A stretch of DNA of 40,165 bases. Origin: Candidatus Heimdallarchaeota archaeon. GTDB lineage: Archaea; Asgardarchaeota; Heimdallarchaeia; Heimdallarchaeales; Heimdallarchaeaceae. The position numbers and the translations under genes were made by a program. Below are positions 9,985 through 19,202 of this stretch, piece by piece (position 1 is the first letter of the stretch; the number at the start of each line of letters is the position of its first letter). The notes under the pieces were generated by a model, which did no database searches, had not been told where the DNA came from, and worked only from the letters and a program-made list of their open reading frames with translations. The stretch lies in NCBI GenBank assembly GCA_016839945.1, contig JAEOTE010000056.1, forward strand, positions 1 to 40,165. Direction: 5' to 3'.

Positions 9985-10911
9985 CTAATTTTTTGTTTTT
10001 TCTTTTTTTTCTAAATCCAGAATTCTATCCCAAGTTAAATCCATTAGTTTATTGATTGCGTTTTTACTTTCGGATGTTTCAATTATAGGTATATTGGCTT
10101 TAGTAGCTTCTTCCACTAAGTATGTTTGTATATTCCTAATTTCATCAAAAGCATCGATATATCTATCTGCTCTACGATATTCAACGGCTGTTCCTCTAGC
10201 TTGAATTCGTTGTAAATGCTCATCCTTTTCTTCAAGGTAAAGAAGAAACATTATTACATGAGATTCATTTAAAATTGATGGTTGAAGCATGTTTGGCGCT
10301 AGATGTACTCCTTCAATTAGTGTGTTCTCTCTTGAATATAATGCGGACTTTATAGTTGCTTCTACTCCTACAATAACATGTCTACTCTGTTCTTCATAAC
10401 CTATTATTGATTGCCTAAGAATAGGATTAATTTTAGGCTTTAGATACTTGAATGCTTCATAACTACTACAATGTAATTCTGGAACTAGATTAGGTGCTAT
10501 GGTTTGCCTTAGAATCTCACGAATCATATCAGTTCCTATTATATTAGTTATATCAAGTCTTTGAGAAAGAAGAGAAGAAATAGTACTCTTACCTATTCCC
10601 GGCACACCAGATAGTAGAACAATGATCGGCTTGTAATTCCCCTCTCCTTCATAAACTTTGTAACGTTCAGCTAAACGTTTATCTATTTTCTCAATTTCCT
10701 CTGTTATGATTCTGATCAATTTCTTTTTGTTTATGGGTTTTGGAAGTTCACTCATCACATCTTCTACATGAGTAGCTACTTCGAGAGCTTGGTTAGCATC
10801 CATACCAACGGAATATAGAGATGAAGACAGAATTCCCTTTGAGAAATATTCATATCTATCTCTTCTTATGCTAATTTTGAGGAATTCGTTAGGATTCTCT
10901 ATATTCATCAT
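9985..10911 (-). CDS. 2-phosphoglycerate kinase-like P-loop kinase with ATP-cone (copy A, motifs intact)
   Basis: FSKGIL ATP-cone; GVPGIGKST; GTDMIREILR; PELHCSSY; IEGVHL; start moved from 11040 to ATG 10911 (or 10908), which follows a GGGAG RBS. Confidence 0.85.
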   Translation of the reverse strand: MMNIENPNEFLKISIRRDRYEYFSKGILSSSLYSVGMDANQALEVATHVEDVMSELPKPINKKKLIRIITEEIEKIDKRLAERYKVYEGEGNYKPIIVLLSGVPGIGKSTISSLLSQRLDITNIIGTDMIREILRQTIAPNLVPELHCSSYEAFKYLKPKINPILRQSIIGYEEQSRHVIVGVEATIKSALYSRENTLIEGVHLAPNMLQPSILNESHVIMFLLYLEEKDEHLQRIQARGTAVEYRRADRYIDAFDEIRNIQTYLVEEATKANIPIIETSESKNAINKLMDLTWDRILDLEKKEKTKN

Positions 10912-11098
10912 GAAATAATATTTCTCCCTATCTAAAAATTTAACTTTAGGACAGATACAAAAAAGAGATACTAAGGGATATAATGTTTTGAATGTGGTTT
11001 CGTAGCGTTTAAATATAATTTTAAACTCTGTAAATAACATATCAGTTAATTCACACAGAAAACTTTCGAATATCAGTAATTATCCAAGGGATATTGTT

Positions 11099-11992
11099 AT
11101 GGAATCAGAACCTCAAATCGTAGTTAAAGGAAAACCTGAACGAATGTTCTCTAGAGGAATTTTAGCTAAAAAACTAGAACTGATAGGTTTCACTCTTTCA
11201 GAGGGGTATGAATTTTCTATACAGGTTTATAATGAACTTATTCAGAAAGATGAAAAGGTTATAGAAAAAAATGAATTAGATGATATTGTTGCTGAACAGC
11301 TGCAACAAAGCTATAATAAAACCATGTCAGAACAATATTTAAGGATTGAAGAGTGGCGTGATTCCAAAACTCCTTTGTGGATATTAATTGCTGGTGCAAT
11401 TGGATCAGGAAAGAGTACACTTTCTCGAAAATTAGCTGGTGATTTAGGAATCCAACATGTTGTTGGAACAAGTGTTGTGAGAGATGTTTTAAGGAAAGTT
11501 TTGTCTGCAGAAGTAATGCCAGAACTACATTCTTCTTCTTATAATGCATATAAAACACTCAGGCCTATTTATAGTAGTAGATTTGAAGATGTTATCTTAG
11601 GTTTTGAGAATCATTCAAAATTAGTTAATACAGGAATTGATGCGGTTCTATCACGTGCTAACACTGAATCTGTTTCAATCATTGTTGAAGGTGAGCATCT
11701 TCTTCCTGCCTTCTTTGATGAAACAATATCAACTAAAGACAATGTGCTTTATATGACCATATCTGTTCCAGATCCAACTCTACATAGAGAAAATCTGAGC
11801 TCCCAATACACAAAAGAAAAGGAAGTTTTGCTTGAACATTTTGAAGATATAAGAAAGATTCACGAACATCTAGTAAATGAAACAAGAATTCGCAAACTAC
11901 CTCTAGTTCTATCAGAAAGAGGAAATCCACCTTTGACAGTAGCAAGAAAATTAATTGTTGAAAAAATAGTATCTTTAGTTTCTTCTCGATAG
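11099..11992 (+). CDS. 2-phosphoglycerate kinase-like P-loop kinase with ATP-cone (copy B, partly degenerate)
   Basis: FSRGIL; GAIGSGKST; GTSVVRDVLR; PELHSSSY; VEGEHL; divergent from copy A. Confidence 0.85.
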   Translation: MESEPQIVVKGKPERMFSRGILAKKLELIGFTLSEGYEFSIQVYNELIQKDEKVIEKNELDDIVAEQLQQSYNKTMSEQYLRIEEWRDSKTPLWILIAGAIGSGKSTLSRKLAGDLGIQHVVGTSVVRDVLRKVLSAEVMPELHSSSYNAYKTLRPIYSSRFEDVILGFENHSKLVNTGIDAVLSRANTESVSIIVEGEHLLPAFFDETISTKDNVLYMTISVPDPTLHRENLSSQYTKEKEVLLEHFEDIRKIHEHLVNETRIRKLPLVLSERGNPPLTVARKLIVEKIVSLVSSR

Positions 11993-12026
11993 TAATTCTT
12001 TAAAACTACAGAACAATATATTTACA

Positions 12027-12081
12027 GCCAATGATGTAGTTGCAACGATCTGATTGTTGATGATCGACTTTTAGCTGAGGC
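12027..12081 (+). ncRNA. Archaeal box C/D guide sRNA
   Basis: Terminal stem GCC(12027-29)/GGC(12079-81); C box ATGATGT 12031-37; 12-nt guide; D' CTGA 12050-53; C' TTGATGA 12057-63; 11-nt guide; D CTGA 12075-78; TTTAAAA TATA-like element about 25 nt upstream. Confidence 0.85.
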
Positions 12082-12090
12082 ATCATATTA

Positions 12091-12372
12091 GTGATTCTTA
12101 TGACTAAATATTGCTATATTCACATTAAAAAAGAATCATTCAAAGAATGTGATCGTTGTGGTCTCTCTATCTGCTTTGATTGTTCTAATTCCTACTGGCA
12201 CACAAATGCTATCTCTTCTATGTTTCTACCGCAAAGAAGTAAAGAGCAAGAGATGATTTTATGTTCTAAATGCTTAAAAAATACAAGATTAAAGAATGCA
12301 TTTATATCTGGTTTTCTACTAATTATGATTCTAGGACTTATTGCAGCAACAATAATATTTTCTATTGGTTAA
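12091..12372 (+). CDS. Small B-box-type zinc-finger protein with C-terminal TM helix
   Basis: CYIH-x8-CDRC-x4-CFDC and LCSKC; hydrophobic C-terminus; start could be ATG 12100. Confidence 0.7.
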   Translation: MILMTKYCYIHIKKESFKECDRCGLSICFDCSNSYWHTNAISSMFLPQRSKEQEMILCSKCLKNTRLKNAFISGFLLIMILGLIAATIIFSIG

Positions 12373-13297
12373 TTTCTTCATCGTTTGATTTTTCGTCTGA
12401 TGTTTTTTTTGTAGATGCATCTTCTTCATTTTCAGTATTATATTCAGTATCAATCTCTTCGAGTTCTTTTATTAGATCTGCATTGCATATAGGACATTCT
12501 GTCAAATTACTCGATATTACAGAGCCACATGAAAAACAAGTAAGTGGTATAAATTCTTCTTCTTCCCAATCAAAAGAATAAGGCTTTCTTCCCCATGTTC
12601 TGGCTCTCCACTTCTCTAAATCCACCTCTCCATCTTCTTTAAGAAAGTCCTTCAGTTCAATAGAAGAAGTTTTTATCATTTTTTTTCGTAAGAAATATTG
12701 GTATATTAGCATAAAAAGTGGAAATACAACTATGTGTGCGATTAAAATTAATAGGTATACCTGACCTAGAGTATTACTTGTAAGATTGAATATTATTAGT
12801 AGTACGAAGATGAAAAATATTGAGCTAATAGCCATTGTAATTATTTCAAAAACAATAAAGATAGGTAATGCATATACGAAAAGCATTACAACCTCAGAAA
12901 TAACTTGTTTTATTGTTTCCTTTTTTGTATATTTTTTAGTATCTATCTTAAAATATTCAATATAGGTACGAAGAACAGTAAATGATGTTTTTGTAAAAAG
13001 CATAGATAAACCAAGAGTAAGAATGAGAGCTAAAAGAAATAAAATAATAATTAGCCACCATCTGTTAGCAATAAAACCAAGGGAATTAACTATATTACTT
13101 ACGTAACCTAACCAATACAAATCCGCTTCTCTAAGTATTGGGTATACAGCACCAGATACTCCAAATACAAATAACAGATAATAAAAAAATACAAAAACAC
13201 ACGAAATTAAATTGCTTAAATCTTGATTTCTTTTGACTAAAATTTTTTCTTGAGAATCCCAAAAATATGTTGCTTGCAAAAGCCGAATTCTAGGCAT
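12362..13297 (-). CDS. Multi-pass membrane protein with C-terminal Zn-ribbon and acidic tail
   Basis: About 4-5 hydrophobic segments; CFSC-x10-CPIC; D/E-rich C-terminus. Confidence 0.75.
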   Translation of the reverse strand: MPRIRLLQATYFWDSQEKILVKRNQDLSNLISCVFVFFYYLLFVFGVSGAVYPILREADLYWLGYVSNIVNSLGFIANRWWLIIILFLLALILTLGLSMLFTKTSFTVLRTYIEYFKIDTKKYTKKETIKQVISEVVMLFVYALPIFIVFEIITMAISSIFFIFVLLIIFNLTSNTLGQVYLLILIAHIVVFPLFMLIYQYFLRKKMIKTSSIELKDFLKEDGEVDLEKWRARTWGRKPYSFDWEEEEFIPLTCFSCGSVISSNLTECPICNADLIKELEEIDTEYNTENEEDASTKKTSDEKSNDEEINQ

Positions 13298-13377
13298 TAA
13301 TGAACTATTGTATCAAACTTTTTTAAAAGTTCTCTAATAGTTTTTGAAAAATATGTTTTTAAACATTATAAACAAGT

Positions 13378-14388
13378 TTGACTAACAAAATGATCTCTCT
13401 AGGAATAGAATGCTCTGCTGATAAACTAGGAATTGGAATAATAACTAGTGAAGGAAAGATATTATCTAATATAAGAAAAACCTACAAACCTCCTTTTGGA
13501 AGTGGTATTCATCCTAGAGAAGCTTCTGAATTTCACGCAACAAATATGGCTGGAGCAATTGAAGAAGCTTTCAAAGAAGCATCAATGAAACCTGATGAAA
13601 TTGATTTAGTTTCTTTTACAAAAGGTCCAGGTTTAGGTCCATGTTTACGTATTGGAGCTGTTACAGCTAGAACACTTTCGCTAACTCTTAACAAACCAAT
13701 GGTGGCTGTTAACCACCCAATTGCACATGTTGAAATAGGAAGGTTGGTTGGGAAACTTGATGATCCTGTAGTATTATATGTTTCTGGAGGTAATACTCAA
13801 GTTATAGCATATTCAGAAGGTAGATATAGAGTATTTGGAGAAACTTTAGACATTCCTGTAGGAAACTGCCTTGATGTTTTTGGAAGAAACGCTGGCTTGA
13901 GTGATAAAAAAATGCCTATGGGGAGAGTAATTGAGCTTGAAGCGTTAAAAGGTAAAAATTACATATCAATTCCTTATGTGATTAAAGGAATGGATGTTTC
14001 ATTTTCTGGTATATTAACCCATGTAACAAAATTACTAGAGAATCAAAGTTACAACTTGCAGGATTTGTCTTATAGTCTACAAGAGACAATCTTTGCAATG
14101 TTAGTAGAGGTTACAGAAAGAGCTCTAGCTCATACAAAAAAATCTGCAGTTTTAGTTACTGGAGGAGTGGCTTCAAACAAGAGATTGAAACAAATGCTAG
14201 AAGAGATGGCTAAATCTCATAGTGCAGAATTCAGAGGACTAGATGCAGCATTAGCTCTAGACAATGGGGTGATGATTGCGTGGTTAGGGATTCTAATGAA
14301 AAATTCTGGAATTGAAACAAAAATTGAAGACACTACAATAGATCAGCATTTTCGACCTGAAGATGTAGAAGTAACATGGAGATTGTAA
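13378..14388 (+). CDS. kae1: KEOPS tRNA N6-threonylcarbamoyltransferase Kae1
   Basis: GIECSADKLGIG, GIHPREA, GPGLGPCL, VNHPIAHVEIG, YVSGGNTQ, GETLDI, DNGVMIAW. Confidence 0.97.
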   Translation: MTNKMISLGIECSADKLGIGIITSEGKILSNIRKTYKPPFGSGIHPREASEFHATNMAGAIEEAFKEASMKPDEIDLVSFTKGPGLGPCLRIGAVTARTLSLTLNKPMVAVNHPIAHVEIGRLVGKLDDPVVLYVSGGNTQVIAYSEGRYRVFGETLDIPVGNCLDVFGRNAGLSDKKMPMGRVIELEALKGKNYISIPYVIKGMDVSFSGILTHVTKLLENQSYNLQDLSYSLQETIFAMLVEVTERALAHTKKSAVLVTGGVASNKRLKQMLEEMAKSHSAEFRGLDAALALDNGVMIAWLGILMKNSGIETKIEDTTIDQHFRPEDVEVTWRL

Positions 14389-15710
14389 TGGTAAAAAATA
14401 ATTCTACAGCAATAGTATTTGAAATGCAAAAGAAAAACTTCTACAGTATTATACCCTTAGTTGCTACTATAGATGAAGATACGGATTTGGATGAACTAGA
14501 TGTGCTGTTACTAGAAAATGTTGATCCTGAAGAAATCAAAACACTCCTAAAGAAATATTCCAAAATAATTATTGCTTTCTCTTTTAGAACAGCACAACTA
14601 GAGAAGATTTATCAGAAAATGAAGCTTCTGCATTCTTCTTTGAAACAAGAATATTTAGAAAGAGTAACTTTTATCGCAGGAGGAAGTCATTCATCTGGAG
14701 ATCCTTATACAACTTTAAAGATTGGTTTTGATTTTGCATTTATTGGTGAAGCAGAATTTTCTTTACCTTTTTTCCTTAGGCAGTATATGATGAGAAATGA
14801 TATCTATTCTACACCAGGTGTTGCATTTTTAGATGATAACTATCTTGATTTTACTTCTACATCAAAACCTCCAGAAATAAATCTTGATGATTATCCATTT
14901 GTTTCTAAGAAAAGAGGTTTATTTTCTCCCTTAGAAATATCGCGAGGGTGTGCATTTGGGTGCACATATTGTCAAGTCCCAACACTTTACCAGCACAGAG
15001 TAAGACACAGATCTCCAGAGATTATAGTTGATACAGCTAAATGGATGGTTCAACAAAATTTAACGGATATTCGTTTTATTACACCAAATTCCTTTGGGTA
15101 TATGTCAACAAAGCCAAGGGAAGTAAACAAAGAAGCTATACTATATTTACTTCAATCGCTAAAATCAATTCCTGGAATAAGGGATGTTTATTTTGGTACT
15201 TTCCCTGGTGAAGTTAGACCTGAAACAGTATCTGAGGATTTAGTTAATGAAATAAAAAAATATATTTCCAACAATCGAATTTCAATAGGTCTTCAATCAG
15301 GAAGTAATGAAGTATTAAGAAGAATAAGAAGAGGTCATACAGTTGAGGAAGGAGTCGAAGCTATTAACATACTAATAAAATCTGGTTTTGATCCAGTTGT
15401 AGATATAATTATAGGAATGCCTGATTCAACTGAACAAGATGAATTGAGAACAATTGATTTAATAGATGATTTAACAAAGAAAGGGTCAACTATAAGAGCA
15501 CATGTTTTTATGCCACTGCCTGGAACAGCACTAGAAAACACAAAATATGTTCCTGTTTCTCAAAAAGTTAGGAAAAGATTAGGTTCTTTAAGTTCAAGTG
15601 GTAAAATAGAAGGAAATTGGTCAGAACAAGAGAGGTATGCAAAGGAAGCTTGGAATGTAATTGAAGAAATATCGAATCTTCCACCTCTTAGGAAAGTAAA
15701 TAATCGCTGA
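14388..15710 (+). CDS. B12-binding-domain radical SAM protein (MJ1487/TIGR04013-like family)
   Basis: IAGGSHSSG...GEAE B12-binding-type N-domain; EISRGCAFGCTYC (CxxxCxxC); FGTFPGEVRPE; ATG 14388 overlaps the kae1 TAA (TAATG). Confidence 0.85.
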   Translation: MVKNNSTAIVFEMQKKNFYSIIPLVATIDEDTDLDELDVLLLENVDPEEIKTLLKKYSKIIIAFSFRTAQLEKIYQKMKLLHSSLKQEYLERVTFIAGGSHSSGDPYTTLKIGFDFAFIGEAEFSLPFFLRQYMMRNDIYSTPGVAFLDDNYLDFTSTSKPPEINLDDYPFVSKKRGLFSPLEISRGCAFGCTYCQVPTLYQHRVRHRSPEIIVDTAKWMVQQNLTDIRFITPNSFGYMSTKPREVNKEAILYLLQSLKSIPGIRDVYFGTFPGEVRPETVSEDLVNEIKKYISNNRISIGLQSGSNEVLRRIRRGHTVEEGVEAINILIKSGFDPVVDIIIGMPDSTEQDELRTIDLIDDLTKKGSTIRAHVFMPLPGTALENTKYVPVSQKVRKRLGSLSSSGKIEGNWSEQERYAKEAWNVIEEISNLPPLRKVNNR

Positions 15711-16380
15711 TTACTTGATCTTCTCTTAAATGTCGTCCCCTTGCTTCTACTTTTATTGCTCTTTTTAGAACGCTTCTTGCACTTTTCACACTTTGATAAT
15801 ATCCTTCTTGAAAAGAGAAAAACAACTCTTTCCAAATTTGAGTATGAGTGCTGATAAAACATTTTTTTATCAATAGAATATCTACAGCTTTATCTTCAAC
15901 TGCCTTTGAAAATTTACCTAGACCAAAATCAATGAAAACTAGTTTATCTCCTGATTTTACGATGTTACTGGAGGTAAGATCCCCATGTATTATGTCATTT
16001 GAATGAAGAATTCCCACTAATCTTCCCAATTCCCTAACTAATTCTACTTTATCCTTTTTAGATCCATCTGCTTTTAGTATGTCTTTAGCCAGTTTTCCTT
16101 CAATAAATTCCATTACAATTGTAGCCTTATTCATGTCAATTTCAAAAATGAAGGGTGTTTGAACACCTATTTTCTTTGCAGCAATTAATAATCGAGATTC
16201 TATAATGGTTCTGCTGTTTCGTAATTCATCATCTATTTGACTTATTCTGTATTTCTTAGGGATTCGTATTTTTCTCATTACATCAAAATCAAACCATTTA
16301 TCTTTAACCAAAATTGCTTCTGCCCCCCATCTATCAGCAGAATCGTCACTTGCTTCTTTGAAATTAGATTTAGTTATCAT
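15688..16380 (-). CDS. bud32: KEOPS kinase/ATPase Bud32
   Basis: GAEA, KIRIPKKYR, RTIIESRLL, IIHGDLTSSN, FIDFGL, VEDKAVD, VEARGR. Confidence 0.95.
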   Translation of the reverse strand: MITKSNFKEASDDSADRWGAEAILVKDKWFDFDVMRKIRIPKKYRISQIDDELRNSRTIIESRLLIAAKKIGVQTPFIFEIDMNKATIVMEFIEGKLAKDILKADGSKKDKVELVRELGRLVGILHSNDIIHGDLTSSNIVKSGDKLVFIDFGLGKFSKAVEDKAVDILLIKKCFISTHTQIWKELFFSFQEGYYQSVKSARSVLKRAIKVEARGRHLREDQVISDYLLS

Positions 16381-17413
16381 TCTTCATCCTCTCTAGGTTT
16401 TTTAAAGCAGTAATTATTTCGTCTCCTATAACTTGCGGAAGTACTTTATCTTCTAGGATTATTTTACCTTTACTTCTGATTACTTCACCAATTATTGAAA
16501 CAGGAATGCGTTGCTTTTCTAAATAATTTACTATTTTGTTAGCTTTCTCTTTTTCTGCTCCTACAATTAGGAGACCAGAAGAGATTAATCGATAAGGATC
16601 GAATTTTAACCAATTAGCTAATTTTTGAATAATGGGAGAAATTACTGGTTTTGTTTTTATATCTATACCAATTTCTCTATATGCAACTATTTCAGTTAGT
16701 GCTCCAAATATTCCCCCTTCAGTAGCATCATGTATTAATGAAGGTTTGAAAATTCTGTTCAAATCTAAAGCTAAATCAACAATTCCTATTTGAGAGCCTA
16801 TTCTCTTCCCCTTTTCGATTTCGCTTTTGCTTAATATAGCTTTAATAAAATCTTCTGCTTCTTCAATGATTATCCCTATTCCTTCTGCTCCTATATATCC
16901 AACAGCTAACACTAAATCTTCATGTGAAAGTTCATTAGGAACAGAATAATCAGAAGGAACAAATCCTATCATATGTCCAGAGACTATGATTGAATTGACT
17001 GATTTTGATATTTCTGTATGACCTCCCAATATCGTAATTCCATAAGATAAGCATTGTTCATGTATTTGCTCCTGTATTTTTGATATCTCTTGAAAGGAAG
17101 TTCCATATGGTGCAATAATAGTTGGTAGAAATCCAAATGGGAGAGCTCCGGAACATGCTAAATCATTTGAGTTAACAATAACAGCATATTGGCCTGGTTC
17201 GGGTGTAGGAAATGTTATTGGATCAGATTTTACAACAACAAGTACTTCTGAAGTATTATTATAGAATTCTTGAGCTTTAACTTTCCCTTTTTCTATATCT
17301 ATAATAGCTACATCTCCCCCTATTCTTCCTGCTTCTAACACTCCATTATTTTCATACCCTCTAAGATTAATAATATCTTTCAGCTGAGAAAGTGGGAGTT
17401 TTCCTTCATCCAT
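16370..17413 (-). CDS. AIR synthase-related (PurM/HypE-fold) protein
   Basis: GKLP, DPITF, NDLACSGA, GGHTE, HDATEGG, DPYRLISSG; 3' end overlaps the bud32 start. Confidence 0.85.
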   Translation of the reverse strand: MDEGKLPLSQLKDIINLRGYENNGVLEAGRIGGDVAIIDIEKGKVKAQEFYNNTSEVLVVVKSDPITFPTPEPGQYAVIVNSNDLACSGALPFGFLPTIIAPYGTSFQEISKIQEQIHEQCLSYGITILGGHTEISKSVNSIIVSGHMIGFVPSDYSVPNELSHEDLVLAVGYIGAEGIGIIIEEAEDFIKAILSKSEIEKGKRIGSQIGIVDLALDLNRIFKPSLIHDATEGGIFGALTEIVAYREIGIDIKTKPVISPIIQKLANWLKFDPYRLISSGLLIVGAEKEKANKIVNYLEKQRIPVSIIGEVIRSKGKIILEDKVLPQVIGDEIITALKNLERMKNDN

Positions 17414-17490
17414 TAAAAAACGTTAGATATAACGTTTCTAAAAGTTTTCTTATAAGATAAAAATCAATTTAGAGCGAAAAGAAAATAAAG

Positions 17491-18444
17491 TTAGAAACCC
17501 ATTGTGTGAAGTATGTGTTTAACAATTTTAAATTTGTAACCAACATTAATAACATCATTAACATCAGTTGTCATACCAACTAACAATTTTCCATCTGTAC
17601 AATCTTCAACAATTATTTGAACAACTTCTGCATTCAAAGCTTTAATTTCATTCTCTGACTTAATCATTTCATAGATTACTCGTGGATATTTTGTTAGAGT
17701 CTCTAATACGTAGACTATTTTTCTTTCCTCAAGATTACCAGCATACAACTCGCCCATAGTACCCCCCTCCTTGGGAAAGATATAAGCTGAAGCAGCAGGA
17801 GAATCGCAACTTCTTATAGATGAGAATAATAGAGATGTAATTGCTCTTTTATTAGCTTCATTGAGAATTTCTTGTGTCATTTCACTTGTATCGATCTTAG
17901 GAACTGTTTCAAATGGTTTTATTTCCTCGTAAGTTTCAATTTTTTCATCAATTTGTTCTTTGTGGATTGTACGTTCCATTGGTGCAATTATTTCAGGTTT
18001 CTCAATTCCTAGTCTGGAAAATATCCTGTCTATTTCATTGTCTATTCTAGGAGGTGTTCGATCCATTAGTGATTTACATACAATATCTAACAACTCATAG
18101 TTAGTGTTATTGTGCCAACCAAAGAGAATACTGCTTCCAAGATTCTTTATATATTCCAAGATGTTTGGACGTATCTCTGCACTTATATTTTCTACTCTAG
18201 AGACGAACAACAATGTTATATCAATGAAGGTGATATATGTAGCTCTATAACGACCTCTAAAAATAGTAATTTCGAAATATCTTCTTACCCACTGATAAAA
18301 TTCAATAGGTTGAATAAAATACTTGTAGACTTCTTCTCTTTCATACTCGTCTCTAATACATTCTACTTCGTATATATTCTGTCCTTTGTTATCATAAACA
18401 ATAACTGCAACTAAAGGATTTATGTCAATCTTTGGAAATGGCAT
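17491..18444 (-). CDS. Hypothetical longin-like + roadblock-like two-domain protein (paralog 1)
   Basis: N-domain VAVIVYDNKGQNIY...RYRATYITFIDITLLFV; C-domain EILNEANKRAI...LTKYPRVI...KALNAE...IIVED...LLVGM; GAGGT RBS. Confidence 0.7.
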   Translation of the reverse strand: MPFPKIDINPLVAVIVYDNKGQNIYEVECIRDEYEREEVYKYFIQPIEFYQWVRRYFEITIFRGRYRATYITFIDITLLFVSRVENISAEIRPNILEYIKNLGSSILFGWHNNTNYELLDIVCKSLMDRTPPRIDNEIDRIFSRLGIEKPEIIAPMERTIHKEQIDEKIETYEEIKPFETVPKIDTSEMTQEILNEANKRAITSLLFSSIRSCDSPAASAYIFPKEGGTMGELYAGNLEERKIVYVLETLTKYPRVIYEMIKSENEIKALNAEVVQIIVEDCTDGKLLVGMTTDVNDVINVGYKFKIVKHILHTMGF

Positions 18445-18608
18445 AAGACCTCAACTAGTTTCTACTATGTTGTTTTTTGCTAATAAACTTTATTGGAAGA
18501 GGAAATTTTTATTATTTTTCTCAAAGAATCTAAAAAATATCGATTTTTCAATGGAGAGTAAAGAAATATTTTTAGATTTTAGTGATATATTCATATTGAG
18601 GACAAGCA

Positions 18609-19193
18609 ATGAGTCAAGAAAAAGAAACTAATGATACTCCCCAAGGAAGAATAATTTCTCAAAAAAGAAAGCCTGTAAAAAAAGATATCTTTGTAGAAAT
18701 GGAAGAAACAGCTTATGAAACATTAAACATACCGAAGAAAAAGATAAAATCGGGACAATATCTACGTGACTTTTTAAGAGAAACATCAACGGCGGAAGCA
18801 GTAAATGAAGCTATACGAGTAACAATTGATGCTTTACTTGATAGTATAGCTGGGGAGATGAAATCTTTGTCAGCAGCTTCTCTTGTACCGCATCCTGAGA
18901 GTCAAGAGACAAAAGCTATAGTTAGGGGGCCTCTAAACAGAGATATAGTAAAACGAATTTTAGCTATATTCAGGAAGTATCCTCCTGTCATTAATGATTT
19001 ACTTGGATCTGATGAAGAGATAAAAGTACTTGATACAGGAATTGGATATGTTGTCCTAGAAAATTGTCAGAAGGATAACTATCTAGTAGGGATTGTACAA
19101 AGACAAAAAGATGTTGATGAATTATCAAGAAGATTACGTCATGTTCAGAATGTTGTTGTAGATAATACTCTACTCCTAGACGAGATTCAATAA
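18609..19193 (+). CDS. Hypothetical roadblock-like domain protein (paralog 2)
   Basis: EAVNEAIRVTI...FRKYPPVI...KVLDTG...VVLEN...YLVGI, alignable by eye to paralogs 1 and 3. Confidence 0.7.
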   Translation: MSQEKETNDTPQGRIISQKRKPVKKDIFVEMEETAYETLNIPKKKIKSGQYLRDFLRETSTAEAVNEAIRVTIDALLDSIAGEMKSLSAASLVPHPESQETKAIVRGPLNRDIVKRILAIFRKYPPVINDLLGSDEEIKVLDTGIGYVVLENCQKDNYLVGIVQRQKDVDELSRRLRHVQNVVVDNTLLLDEIQ

Positions 19194-19202
19194 TACTTGT
19201 GT

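Noticed and set aside
10912-11040. N-terminal extension of kinase copy A called by the ORF track
   Set aside because: Runs through the divergent promoter region; homology and RBS begin at ATG 10911/10908
16370-17413. Selenophosphate synthetase SelD (would support Sec at 4187)
   Set aside because: Lacks the N-terminal C/U-x-x-K motif; GKLP/DPITF/HDATEGG fit the AIR-synthase-related family
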